Made by a program: the position numbers and the translations under genes. A stretch of DNA of 64,000 nt, from positions 39,231 to 103,230 of the forward strand of contig JAWKOJ010000013.1 in the NCBI GenBank assembly GCA_041391245.1. The letters are read 5' to 3'. The DNA comes from Caldilineales bacterium (GTDB lineage: Bacteria; Chloroflexota; Anaerolineae; JAAEKA01). The first letter of the stretch is position 1. Each line of letters starts with the position of its first letter. This document shows, one piece after another, positions 17,026 to 25,442 of this stretch. The notes under the pieces were generated by a model. It worked only from the letters and a program-made list of their open reading frames with translations. It made no database searches and was not told where the DNA came from.

Positions 17026-19790
17026 GATGCAAACTCCCGGAAAGGATGCGGGGACAGCAGGCCAAGCCTGCCTGCCGCCATTTCGCGGATTATAGCGCAT
17101 GGTCTATCCATGGTCAATGTAGGGTCAACGCTTGCCACCTGGTGGACTCCGCGGGTGATTCGCGCGGCGCGCCGCGCGGCTACAGGACCTTGCTTGGCGC
17201 CGCGGCCGTATCTTGTGCACGGGATGCGGCAATCTACCATATATAGGGCCTGACTGACGCCGCCGTCGACCGCCGCACGCCGCTGGCAAAGGGCGCGGAA
17301 TTGGGATAAAACGGTGTTCTGTGGTATAATTTGGTCAACCAAAGTCAGTCGCACCACGGGGTTGCTGCCAGCTAATCAGCAGCCCCGTATTGTTTGAAAA
17401 TGCTACAAGGGAAACCCTCCTCTTTATGACACAACCCGATCCGCTGGAAATGGCTGAGCCGACCGAGGCGCCCGAAGACAACAACGCCGGAGCGATCCGC
17501 TCCGTCAACATAGAAAGCGAGATGCGCGAGGCGTATCTGGACTACGCCATGAGCGTCATCGTGTCGCGCGCGTTGCCCGACGCCCGCGACGGGCAGAAGC
17601 CGGTGCAGCGCCGCATCCTCTACGCCATGCACGACATGGGGATGCGCCCCACATCGCCCTATCGCAAGTCGGCCCGCATCGTCGGCGAGGTGCTGGGCAA
17701 GTACCACCCCCACGGCGACACGGCCGTCTACGACGCGATGGCGCGCATGGCCCAGGACTTCAGCCTGCGCTACCCGCTGGTGGACGGCCAGGGCAACTTC
17801 GGCTCGGTGGACGGCGACAGCCCGGCCGCCATGCGCTACACCGAGGCGCGCATGGCGCGCATCGCCGAGACGCTGCTGCAGGACATCGACATGGACACGG
17901 TGGATTGGCGCGAGAACTTCGACGGCAGCCTGCAGGAGCCGGAGGTGCTGCCGTCGATCCTGCCCAACATGCTGGTCAACGGTGCAGCGGGCATCGCCGT
18001 CGGCATGGCAACCAACGTGCCGCCCCACCACCTGGGCGAGGTCGCCGATGCGGTGGTGCATGTCATCGACAACTGGGAGCGGCTGGAAGAGATCACGCTG
18101 GAAGAGTTGATGGAGTACGTCAAGGGGCCCGACTTCCCCACCGGCGGCATCATCCTGGGGCTGGACGGGATCCGCTCGGCCTACGCCACCGGCCGCGGCC
18201 ACATCCAGATGCGAGCCGTCGCCGACATCGAAGAGTCGCGCGGCCGCTTCCAGATCATCATCACCGAGATACCCTACCAACTGAACAAGACCAACCTGCT
18301 GGAGCGCATCGCCGAACTGGCGCGCGAGGGCCGTCTCGACCAGATCAGCGACCTGCGCGACGAGTCGGACCGCACGGGCATGCGCATCGTCGTCGAGCTG
18401 AAGCGCAACAGCGCGCCGCGCAAGACCCTCAACCGCCTGTTCAAGTACACGCCCCTGCAGTCCACCTTTGCCATCAACATGCTGGCGCTGATCAACGGCG
18501 AGCCGCGGCTGTTGTCGCTCAAGCGGGCGCTCTACATCTTCATCGAGCACCGCCAGGAGGTGATCACCCGCCGCAGCCTGTTCGAGCTGGAGAAGCTGCG
18601 CCAGCGCGCTCACATCCTGGAAGGGCTGCGCATCGCCTTGCAGTTCCTCGATGAGGTCATCCAGACGATCCGCGAGTCCGAAAGCGCCGATGCCGCCCGC
18701 AACGCCTTGATGGAACGCTTTGGCCTCAGCGAGTTGCAGGCCCAGGCGATCCTCGACCTGCAACTGCGGCGGCTGGCCGCGCTGGAACAGCAGAAGATCG
18801 AGGACGAGTACAGCCAGGTCATGGCGCGCATCGAGTGGCTGGAGGACCTGCTGGCGAACCCGGAGAAGATCCTGGCCATCATCCGCGAGGAAACGGTCGC
18901 GCTGAAGGAACGCTTCAACGACGAGCGGCGGACCGTCATCTCCAACGAGGCCGTGGGCGAGATGCGCGAGGAAGACCTGACGCCCAACGACCCGGTGCTG
19001 ATCACCGTCACGCAGAACAGCTACGTCAAGCGGACCGGCGCGGCCCAGTTCCGCCCAGGGCCGCGGCGGCCGCGGCGTGCTGGGCATGGCGACCCGCGAC
19101 GAGGACGAGATCGCCCACCTGCACTTCGCACGCACACGACCACATCCTCTTCTTCACCAACCACGGACGCGCCTACTCAGACCGCGCCTGGAACCTGCCC
19201 GAGGCGGCCCGCACCGGCAAAGGGCTGCCGCTGGTCAACGTCCTCAACCTGGCGCCGCGCGAGACGGTGACCTCGCTGGTGCTGGTGGAGGACTTCGACG
19301 AGGCGCTACATCAGCCTGCTGACCACCCAGGGCCGCATCAAGCGGGTGGAGATGAGCGAGTTTGCCAACGTCCGTTCGACGGGCATCATCGCGATGAACC
19401 TGGACCCCGGCGACGAGCTGAGCTGGAAACGCACCACCAGCGGCGACCAGGAACTAATCGTTGTCACCGCCGGCGGGCTGGCGCTGCGCTTCGACGAAAC
19501 GCGGTGCGTCCCATGGGCCGCACCGCGGCCGGCGTCTGGGCGATTGCCTGCGCCCCGGTGACCGTGTGACCGGCTTCGACGTCGTCAACCCCCACGGCGA
19601 CCTGCTGGTGGTGACCGCCAAAGGCTACGGCAAGCGCACCCCGCTGGACCAATACGCCCCCAAGGGCCGCTACACTCAGGGGATTCTCACCATCGACCAC
19701 AACCGGCTGGATGAGACCGGTCCGGTCATCACCGGCCGCGTCGTGGACCCCGACGACCAGATCTCGCTGATTACCAGCGGCGGCATCATC

Positions 19791-19943
19791 ATCCGCATGA
19801 AAGTCAGCGACGTCAGCCAGATGGGCCGGGCCACCCGCGGCGTCAAGATGGTCAACCTGGACGACGGCGACCTTGTATCCGCCTGCGCCCGCATCCGCGC
19901 AACGGAGGCCAGCAAGGTCGCGGAGGAAGCGGCTGGCCCGGCG
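19791..19943 (+). repeat. Direct repeat copy 1 (gyrA 3' coding segment); 65-bp identical core at 19819-19883
   Basis: Aligns to 20788-20940 at a constant offset of 997 bp. Confidence 0.9.
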
Positions 19944-20070
19944 GCGAGCTGGCGGTGGCGCTGTCAGCTACCGCAGCGCAAGGCTGAAGCGCAGCGCGGC
20001 TGCAACTACGGCAATTCCAGGGCTGGCGACAACCCGACTCCTGAACAGCCTCGCACATCGTCAATAGTGC

Positions 20071-20099
20071 TTGTTGGCGCCCCTGCGCTGTGCTATACT
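20071..20099 (+). promoter_or_regulatory. Promoter of the vapBC cassette
   Basis: TTGTTG (20071-20076), 17 nt, TGc-TATACT extended -10 (20091-20099), 33 nt upstream of ATG 20133. Confidence 0.55.
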
Positions 20100-20132
20100 C
20101 GATGCGACTTCTGATTCCAGAGGATCGAAACT

Positions 20133-20384
20133 ATGAACACCGCGACTACCCAGCAGATCATCGATCAGATCAGATCCCTGCCGCCGGAAAGCCTGGATGA
20201 CCTGGCAGTTTATGTTGACTTCCTGCGCTTCAAGGCCAGCCAGGCTGGAGACGCTGAGCCAGGCGAGAAGCCGCTGCGCGTCATCAACCTGCGCGGCATA
20301 TTGAGGGGCCACGACTTCTCGCCTGAGGCACTGGCTGAGGCCAGGCACGAGATGTGGCACAGCCTGGAAACCAGCGAGCCATGA
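20133..20384 (+). CDS. Type II antitoxin (DUF2281/VapB-like)
   Basis: 83 aa; MNTATTQQIIDQIRSLPPESLDDLAVYVDFLRFK; stop overlaps the toxin start (ATGA). Confidence 0.7.
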   Translation: MNTATTQQIIDQIRSLPPESLDDLAVYVDFLRFKASQAGDAEPGEKPLRVINLRGILRGHDFSPEALAEARHEMWHSLETSEP

Positions 20385-20785
20385 AGCGCTACGTGGCCGA
20401 CACCCAGTGCTTGCTCTGGTATTTGTCTGACGATCGCCGCCTGCCTCGGTCAATCAACCGAGTATTCCGGGCCGCAGACGACGGCAATGCTCAGATTCTC
20501 GTGCCCAGTATCGCACTGGTCGAGGCCATTTTTCTTTCCCAGCGGCAACGTGTCAGTGACGCCCTGCTGAAACGCGTGCTTGACCTGTCGGAAGATCCTG
20601 AGACCAGCATTGCTGTCGTTCCGCTTGACATGGCGGTTGTGCGTACCGTGAATGACTTCGGGCCGGCAGGGGTGCCCGAACTTGCTGATCGCGTTATCGC
20701 CGCGACCGCACGCGCGTTGAATCTCCCTCTCCTTACCGTGGATCATGCCATCGCAGTCAGCGGGCTTGTCGATGTGGTCGCGTGA
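20381..20785 (+). CDS. vapC: PIN-domain toxin (VapC-like)
   Basis: ORF 20354..20785; start at ATG 20381 (MKRYVADTQCLLWYL...). Acidic residues and a C-terminal DRVIAATARALNLPLLTVD typical of PIN. Confidence 0.8.
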   Translation: MKRYVADTQCLLWYLSDDRRLPRSINRVFRAADDGNAQILVPSIALVEAIFLSQRQRVSDALLKRVLDLSEDPETSIAVVPLDMAVVRTVNDFGPAGVPELADRVIAATARALNLPLLTVDHAIAVSGLVDVVA

Positions 20786-20787
20786 AT

Positions 20788-20970
20788 CGGTATCATCATT
20801 CGTATAAAGTTCAGTGACGTCAGCCAGATGGGCCGGGCCACCCGCGGCGTCAAGATGGTCAACCTGGACGACGGCGACCTCGTCTCCGCCTGCGCCCGCA
20901 TCCGCGCGACGGAGGCCAGCAAGGCAGCGGAGGAAGCGGCCGCGCCCAGCGGAGAGCCAACGGCAGCATA
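20788..20970 (+). other. Displaced native gyrA 3' end (direct repeat copy 2 plus original stop)
   Basis: Reads GIIIRIKFSDVSQMGRATRGVKMVNLDDGDLVSACARIRATEASKAAEEAAAPSGEPTAA-stop (TAG 20968-20970), followed by a terminator. Confidence 0.75.
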
Positions 20971-20990
20971 GACGCCCGCTCGCACGACCA

Positions 20991-21028
20991 ACGAGAAACG
21001 CCGCCAGTAAGTGGGCGGCGTTTCTCGT
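20991..21028. terminator. Hairpin terminator of the original gyrA 3' end
   Basis: 15-bp perfect stem acgagaaacgccgcc / ggcggcgtttctcgt, 8-nt loop. Confidence 0.65.
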
Positions 21029-21054
21029 TGAACTACAAAAGACTGCGACGTTTC

Positions 21055-21385
21055 TTATGTTGGATACGCCCGCAGCCCGGCGCGCATCGCCCCTTCGATG
21101 GTGCCATCGAGCCTGCCGGCGCCGGGAAATAACCATTCATCAGGGTCGTACCCCTCATCGCTGTACTTGTAGATGGCGAACTCCCAGTTGATCATGTCGC
21201 CAGTGTAGGTCAGCCGGCAGACAGGCCAGAATCCCCCGCCGCGGCGTTCATGCCCCAGATACATGAACGCGCCCGCGGTAGCTGGTCACGTAGTGCGCCC
21301 AAGGCTCGTCCTTCAGCGTCCCGGTATTAAATGGGCCACAATGGCATCCGCTTGCTGCTTGATTTCAGGGGTGATCTTTGGTTTC
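21055..21385 (-). pseudogene. Hypothetical protein, frameshifted
   Basis: ORF 21055..21264 (MYLGHERRGGGFWPVCRLTYTGDMINWEFAIYKYSDEGYDPDEW...). It continues upstream in other frames (MPETK..., ...AIVAHFNTGTLKDEPWAHYVTSYRG). Confidence 0.4.
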
Positions 21386-21434
21386 CGGCATCTGCGGCAT
21401 CCTCGACCAGTCAAGCCATCACTCTACTAACGCT

Positions 21435-21712
21435 TTACTCGTCGAGTGGCAGTTGAAACCGTCCAAGCACCACACCAGGCACGGTGATGTCTTCATCCGG
21501 AAGCCCCAACGCATTGCATATCCGTCCAGGCGCAGCGCTACATCTTTGAGTTGTCTGTTGGTAGCGGTTTGCAGAATGCGAAATCGGGATCGGCAGGAAA
21601 GCCGACGATCTGCCCGTCGGTGAGCTCCAAAAAAGATATATGATCTCGCACCAAACGCGGATCGCGGTTGGTTCTACCAGAAATCGGGTTCACTGTTTGT
21701 CATGGTACTCAT
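21435..21712 (-). pseudogene. DUF2442-like protein, degraded (3 or more frame breaks)
   Basis: Pieces LELTDGQIVGFPAD / RILQTATNRQLKDVALRLDGYA / LPDEDITVPGVVLGRFQLPLDE lie in different frames. About 50% GC. Confidence 0.45.
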
Positions 21713-21926
21713 GATAGGCTTTCAGCAGAAGGTCGTGAAACTCGAAGATTCAGGCGCTCCATCTCGCGGCAACGTACGGCGAGATCTTGCTGCGGGCAAG
21801 CTGCACGGATCTGAACCAGAACTTGCACTCGCTATCTGATGTGGCAACATGAATATGGGGTGGTTCGCCGCGCCTATCAGAGTAGAAATGAAAGCGAAAT
21901 CCGCGAACTCGTAGTACGGTCGGGAT
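21690..21926 (-). pseudogene. DUF4160-like protein, degraded (no ATG, internal stop and frame breaks)
   Basis: IPTVLRVRGFRFHFYSDRRGEPPHIHVATSDSECKFWF...LLLKAYHEYHDKQ. The listed ORF 21722..22042 is partly out of frame. Confidence 0.45.
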
Positions 21927-22091
21927 GCTACTAGCTTCCGACCGTTGGCGAACTTAAGCGCTACGCCCGACGCCTCGGGCAAGATTACAGTATAAAGCAG
22001 CATGGGCAAAGGATGCGTTGATAGCCTACCGAAACAATTCAAGCATGATGTTGCTGGAAGATGGCGTCTTTAAGGCACCGGCGGCGCGGAA

Positions 22092-22102
22092 CTGTGGTAC
22101 AA
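22092..22102 (+). promoter_or_regulatory. Extended -10 promoter-like box, copy 1 (TGTGGTACAAT)
   Basis: Part of a 48-nt segment (22062-22109) repeated at 22274-22321. Confidence 0.45.
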
Positions 22103-22108
22103 TACGGG

Positions 22109-22282
22109 CCATGGAAACCCAGTCTGCGGTGGAGAAATTTGGCGCCGGACGTTTTGGAGCGCTGCGCGCCGACATGCTGTTGACGCCGATCCAGCGACCG
22201 GCGAATCAGCTTCTGGTAAGAAACGTGATGCCTGGTGAGTGAAGTTGCATCCAACGGACGCCGCCGGAAAGGCGGCGTCTTT
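22109..22282 (+). other. Candidate small transcription unit (sRNA or 43-aa peptide METQSAVEKF...)
   Basis: Bounded by promoter copy 1 and an intrinsic terminator. I recognise no known RNA family. Confidence 0.3.
22257..22282 (+). terminator. Intrinsic terminator
   Basis: gacgccgcc-ggaaa-ggcggcgtc followed by TTT. Confidence 0.7.
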
Positions 22283-22303
22283 GCTGTGCCGGCGGCGCGG
22301 ATG

Positions 22304-22314
22304 TGTGGTACAAT
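22304..22314 (+). promoter_or_regulatory. Extended -10 promoter-like box, copy 2 (TGTGGTACAAT)
   Basis: Lies 38 nt upstream of ATG 22352. Confidence 0.5.
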
Positions 22315-22351
22315 ACGGGCCAGTGATTCCCGATCCTTGATACATACGACC

Positions 22352-23728
22352 ATGCCTCTCAAACCCATCCTCAAGCAAGGCCCCGGCCTGCACACCGAGA
22401 CCATGGCCGAGCCGGACGCGGACCGGCTGGCGGAGACGCTGGTCGCGTTTGCCAACGGCGACGGCGGCGTGATCGTGCTGGGCGTCAACGCCGATGGCAC
22501 GCCGGCCGACGGGCTGCTGGGCGACGAGATGGAGGAAGCGCTGCGAGCTGCCTTGGTGCAGTGCCGGCCGCCGATCCGCACCGAGTGGGAACAGATGGAG
22601 ACGGCCCACGGCGCGGTGGCCGCGATCCGGGTGCCCCGCTCCACCGAGCTGCACTCGCTGGCCGACGGCCGTGTGCTGATCCGCAGCGGCGCCGAGAACC
22701 ATCCCCTCAGCGGCGAGCAGGTGCGCCAACTGGCGTCGGGCAAGTCGTCGGGCGACTTCGAGATGCAGGACGTGGCCGGCGCGCTCCTGGCCGATCTGGA
22801 CAACGACATCATCAAGGACTACATCGCCCGCCGCGAGGAAAAGCAGGGCCGCCAGATCAAGCTGCCCCAGGACCGCCTCCTGCAGCAGATCGGCGCGCTG
22901 ACGCCCGATGGCAAACCGACGGTGGCCGGGCTGCTGCTGTTCGGACTGGAGCCGCAGTTCTATCTGCCGCAGTCGGGGCTGACTTTTGTGCGCTTCAGCG
23001 GCACGGAGCTGCGCGGGCCGGGCGGGCTGCCCGGCTACAGCCGCCGCGACGAGATCACCGGCCCGCTGGCGCAGATCATCGAGCGCACGTGGTCGATCCT
23101 GATGCAGGAGATGCGCCTGGAGGCGGTGGTCACCGGGCTGCGCCGCGAGGAACGCACCGAATACCCGACCATTGCCGTGCGCGAGGCGCTGGTCAACGCG
23201 GTCTGCCACCGCGACTACCGGCTGACCGGCCGGCGCATCGAGATCCGCATGTTCGACGACCGCATGGAGATCCACAGCCCCGGCGGGCTGCCAGGCTACA
23301 TCACCATCGACAACATCGTCGAGGAGCACTTCAGCCGCAACCCGCGCCTGGTCAATGGGTTGTATCACTGGAACTACATCGAGGAGCTGGGGCTGGGTGT
23401 GGACAAGATGATCGAAGCCATGGTGCAGGCCGGCCATCCGCAGCCGGAGTTCAAGGCGACGCCCCACAGCTTCACCGTAACCCTGAAGAACGCCAAGGAG
23501 CGCGCCACGCAGCAGGCCGGCCCGGCCTGGGAAAGCAGCATGAACGAGCGCCAGCTGCGCGCCATCCAGCACATGCGCGAGAACGGACGCATCACAAGCC
23601 GCGACTATCAGGACCTGTGTCCCGACGTGTCGCCGGAGACGCTGCGGCTGGATATGGTGGACCTGACCGACCGCGGCATCGTGATGAAGGTCGGCATGAA
23701 GCGCGGCACGTATTACATCATGAGGTAG
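22352..23728 (+). CDS. AlbA_2 (Schlafen-like) + HATPase_c_4 + winged-helix DNA-binding protein
   Basis: ORF 22235..23728; start at ATG 22352. ETLVAFANGDGGVIVLGV, REALVNAVCHRDYRLTGRRIEIRMFDDRMEIHSPGGLP, C-terminal ITSRDYQDLCPDVSPETLRLDMVDLTDRGIV. Confidence 0.8.
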   Translation: MPLKPILKQGPGLHTETMAEPDADRLAETLVAFANGDGGVIVLGVNADGTPADGLLGDEMEEALRAALVQCRPPIRTEWEQMETAHGAVAAIRVPRSTELHSLADGRVLIRSGAENHPLSGEQVRQLASGKSSGDFEMQDVAGALLADLDNDIIKDYIARREEKQGRQIKLPQDRLLQQIGALTPDGKPTVAGLLLFGLEPQFYLPQSGLTFVRFSGTELRGPGGLPGYSRRDEITGPLAQIIERTWSILMQEMRLEAVVTGLRREERTEYPTIAVREALVNAVCHRDYRLTGRRIEIRMFDDRMEIHSPGGLPGYITIDNIVEEHFSRNPRLVNGLYHWNYIEELGLGVDKMIEAMVQAGHPQPEFKATPHSFTVTLKNAKERATQQAGPAWESSMNERQLRAIQHMRENGRITSRDYQDLCPDVSPETLRLDMVDLTDRGIVMKVGMKRGTYYIMR

Positions 23729-23732
23729 TGCC

Positions 23733-24323
23733 ATGAACAACACACGAAACAACACCTGGGCAATGGCCATCGTCGCCGTACTCGTTGTCTTGTTGGTGGC
23801 GATGTGCGCCTGCCTGTTTGGGCTGGCCGTAGGCGTGGGCATCGGCCAGGCGCGGGCGCGCGTCCAGCTTGAGAACATTGTGCCGATAGTACCAGAGGTC
23901 GTCCCCCGTGCCACGCCGGCATTTCCCCTGCTTCCGACGATCCCGGAGTCGCCCGATACGCCGGACATGCCGGACATGCCCGAGATGCGCGACCTGGAAG
24001 AGATGCTGGACATGATGAGCGGCGCGCTGGTGAGCGAAGTGGTCGCCGACGGTCCGGCTGATCAGGCCGGCATCGCGCCGGGCGACGTGATCGTGGCCGT
24101 CGATGGCGAGAACGTCACCCGCGACACGTCGCTGGCCGAACTGGTCAGGCAGTATGCGCCGGGGGACGAGGTAACGCTTACGCTGGTGCGCATGAGCCAG
24201 GGAGACATGAACCAGGACGAGGTCGTCGTCACACTGGGCGCCAACCCAGACGACGACTCGGTTGGGTTCCTGGGCGTTTTCGTTGTGCCTTTCCTTCAGA
24301 GCGATGAGCAAGGCACGCCCTAG
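23733..24323 (+). CDS. Membrane-anchored PDZ-domain protein
   Basis: 196 aa; one N-terminal TM helix; GALVSEVVADGPADQAGIAPGDVIVAVDGENV; 4 nt after the upstream stop. Confidence 0.75.
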   Translation: MNNTRNNTWAMAIVAVLVVLLVAMCACLFGLAVGVGIGQARARVQLENIVPIVPEVVPRATPAFPLLPTIPESPDTPDMPDMPEMRDLEEMLDMMSGALVSEVVADGPADQAGIAPGDVIVAVDGENVTRDTSLAELVRQYAPGDEVTLTLVRMSQGDMNQDEVVVTLGANPDDDSVGFLGVFVVPFLQSDEQGTP

Positions 24324-24433
24324 GTTCGGCCGGTAACTGGCCACAGCTGCCGTATCGGACGCCTGCCGCGGCAGCGGCATTGGGCGCCAGCTACAGCCCC
24401 CACACATTTGGGAAGACGTTTGCAGGGATCCTC

Positions 24434-25325
24434 ATGCGTTCACGACGCGTAACGCTTGCCGCGTTTGCCGTTCTTTCGGGTATTCTGGTGCTGATCGCAG
24501 TTCCCACGTCGGTCGCGCAGAGGCCAAGAGAGTTGCAGCCGGACCTGGCCTGCTTCGAGCCAGAGCTGCCACATCAGTTGGGCCGCCGCACCCACGCCGA
24601 GGTGCCGGACTACGCCGTGGTGCCGGCTCGCCTGCGCAGCGAGTCGGCTGCCTACGATCTCGTCCAGGACCAGATCAGCTTCTTTGGCGCGCCCGGCAGC
24701 GCTCCGCTGCTCCATGGCCGCCAGGATGTCCTTGCCAACAGCGAGTTGATCCGGCGGTTTGCGGTTCAGGACCTGGAACTGATCGTAGCCGCCTCCATCG
24801 CACATCAGGCCAGCGACATCAAGGATCGCCCTTTCGGTGCGGACGCAGTGGAGACCTTCGTGCTGGAGAACGTCAACCCTGACGCGTCGGTGGGAATCGC
24901 CCAACTGCGCCCCAGCGAGGTGGTCTACTGGGCGCCCGAGCTGATCGGGGCAGATCTGCTGGAGCCGGAGATTGCGGTACGGGTGATGACCGCCAAGCTG
25001 GAGAAGGCCGACCATTACATTGCCCGAACCTATCCTGAGGCCAGCGTCACGGATCGCACCATGCTGCTGGCGTTGGCGCAGAACGACAGCAGCGAGATCG
25101 CGATGCACAAGACCATCGGCGCGTTCTTCGTAGGCGCGGGGCGACTGGGACACGATGCTGTCGCTGGAGCAGGCCCAGTCACGCGACTGGATGGAACAAC
25201 TGCGGCTGGTCCTGGTGCAGCTTGACTGGCTGGTCGGCGAGGGATGGCAGAAGCCGGCCGGGCTGGACCGCGACCGGTGGGCACAGATAGCCTTTCCACG
25301 GGCAGGCAGGTCGACTCCTCCGTAG
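24434..25325 (+). pseudogene. Secreted/membrane hypothetical protein, one frame break
   Basis: MRSRRVTLAAFAVLSGILVLIAV... from ORF 24380..25225. It continues as WDTMLSLEQAQSRDWMEQLRLVLVQLDWLVGEGW... after an extra G in a G-run near 25138. Stop TAG 25323-25325. Confidence 0.5.
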
Positions 25326-25442
25326 CCCGGCCGGCTGCGATCAAAGAATGCCGCGGCAGGTTGCCCGAAGTTCGTAGCGGCGCCCCATCCGGCAGCCACC
25401 AGAAATTTGCGCGATCGCCCAAGGCGTGCTAAAGTCGCCGGC

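Larger units (their letters stand above)
17426..20114 (+). pseudogene. gyrA: DNA gyrase subunit A; frame broken 5 times between about 19050 and 19560, 3' end remodelled by cassette insertion
   Basis: N-terminus [35 protein letters not shown]...YHPHGD. The beta-pinwheel sequence continues across ORFs 17390..19270, 19077..19322, 18835..19569, 19346..19561 and 19461..20114 ([17 protein letters not shown] | [14 protein letters not shown] | GRIKRVEMSEFANVRSTGIIA | VRPMGRTAAGV | GDRVTGFDVV...GYGKRT). Confidence 0.85.
19884..20880 (+). mobile_element. 997-bp vapBC cassette inserted in the gyrA 3' end; no recombinase gene inside
   Basis: One repeat period between the identical cores. It contains only a promoter, an antitoxin and a PIN toxin. 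GC is visibly lower than the flanks. Confidence 0.55.

Noticed and set aside
17372-19135. 587-aa minus-strand ORF antisense to gyrA. Similar long ORFs include 22070..24013 (-), 61926..63653 (-), 39981..41627 (+), 7106..8575 (-), 5257..6504 (-) and 1571..2620 (-).
   Set aside because: All overlap strongly supported genes on the other strand or frame. They are Arg/Ala/Gly/Pro/His-rich with no recognisable motifs. These are typical shadow ORFs of 65% GC DNA.
19944-20114. C-terminal tail of gyrA copy 1 (WRWRCQLPQRKAEAQRGCNYGNSRAG...), which might be a novel GyrA extension.
   Set aside because: The composition is not protein-like and it reads through the cassette promoter. It is probably read-through of cassette DNA. 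With one more indel the tail would be a short alternative (...GELAVALSATAAQG). It cannot be resolved from sequence alone.
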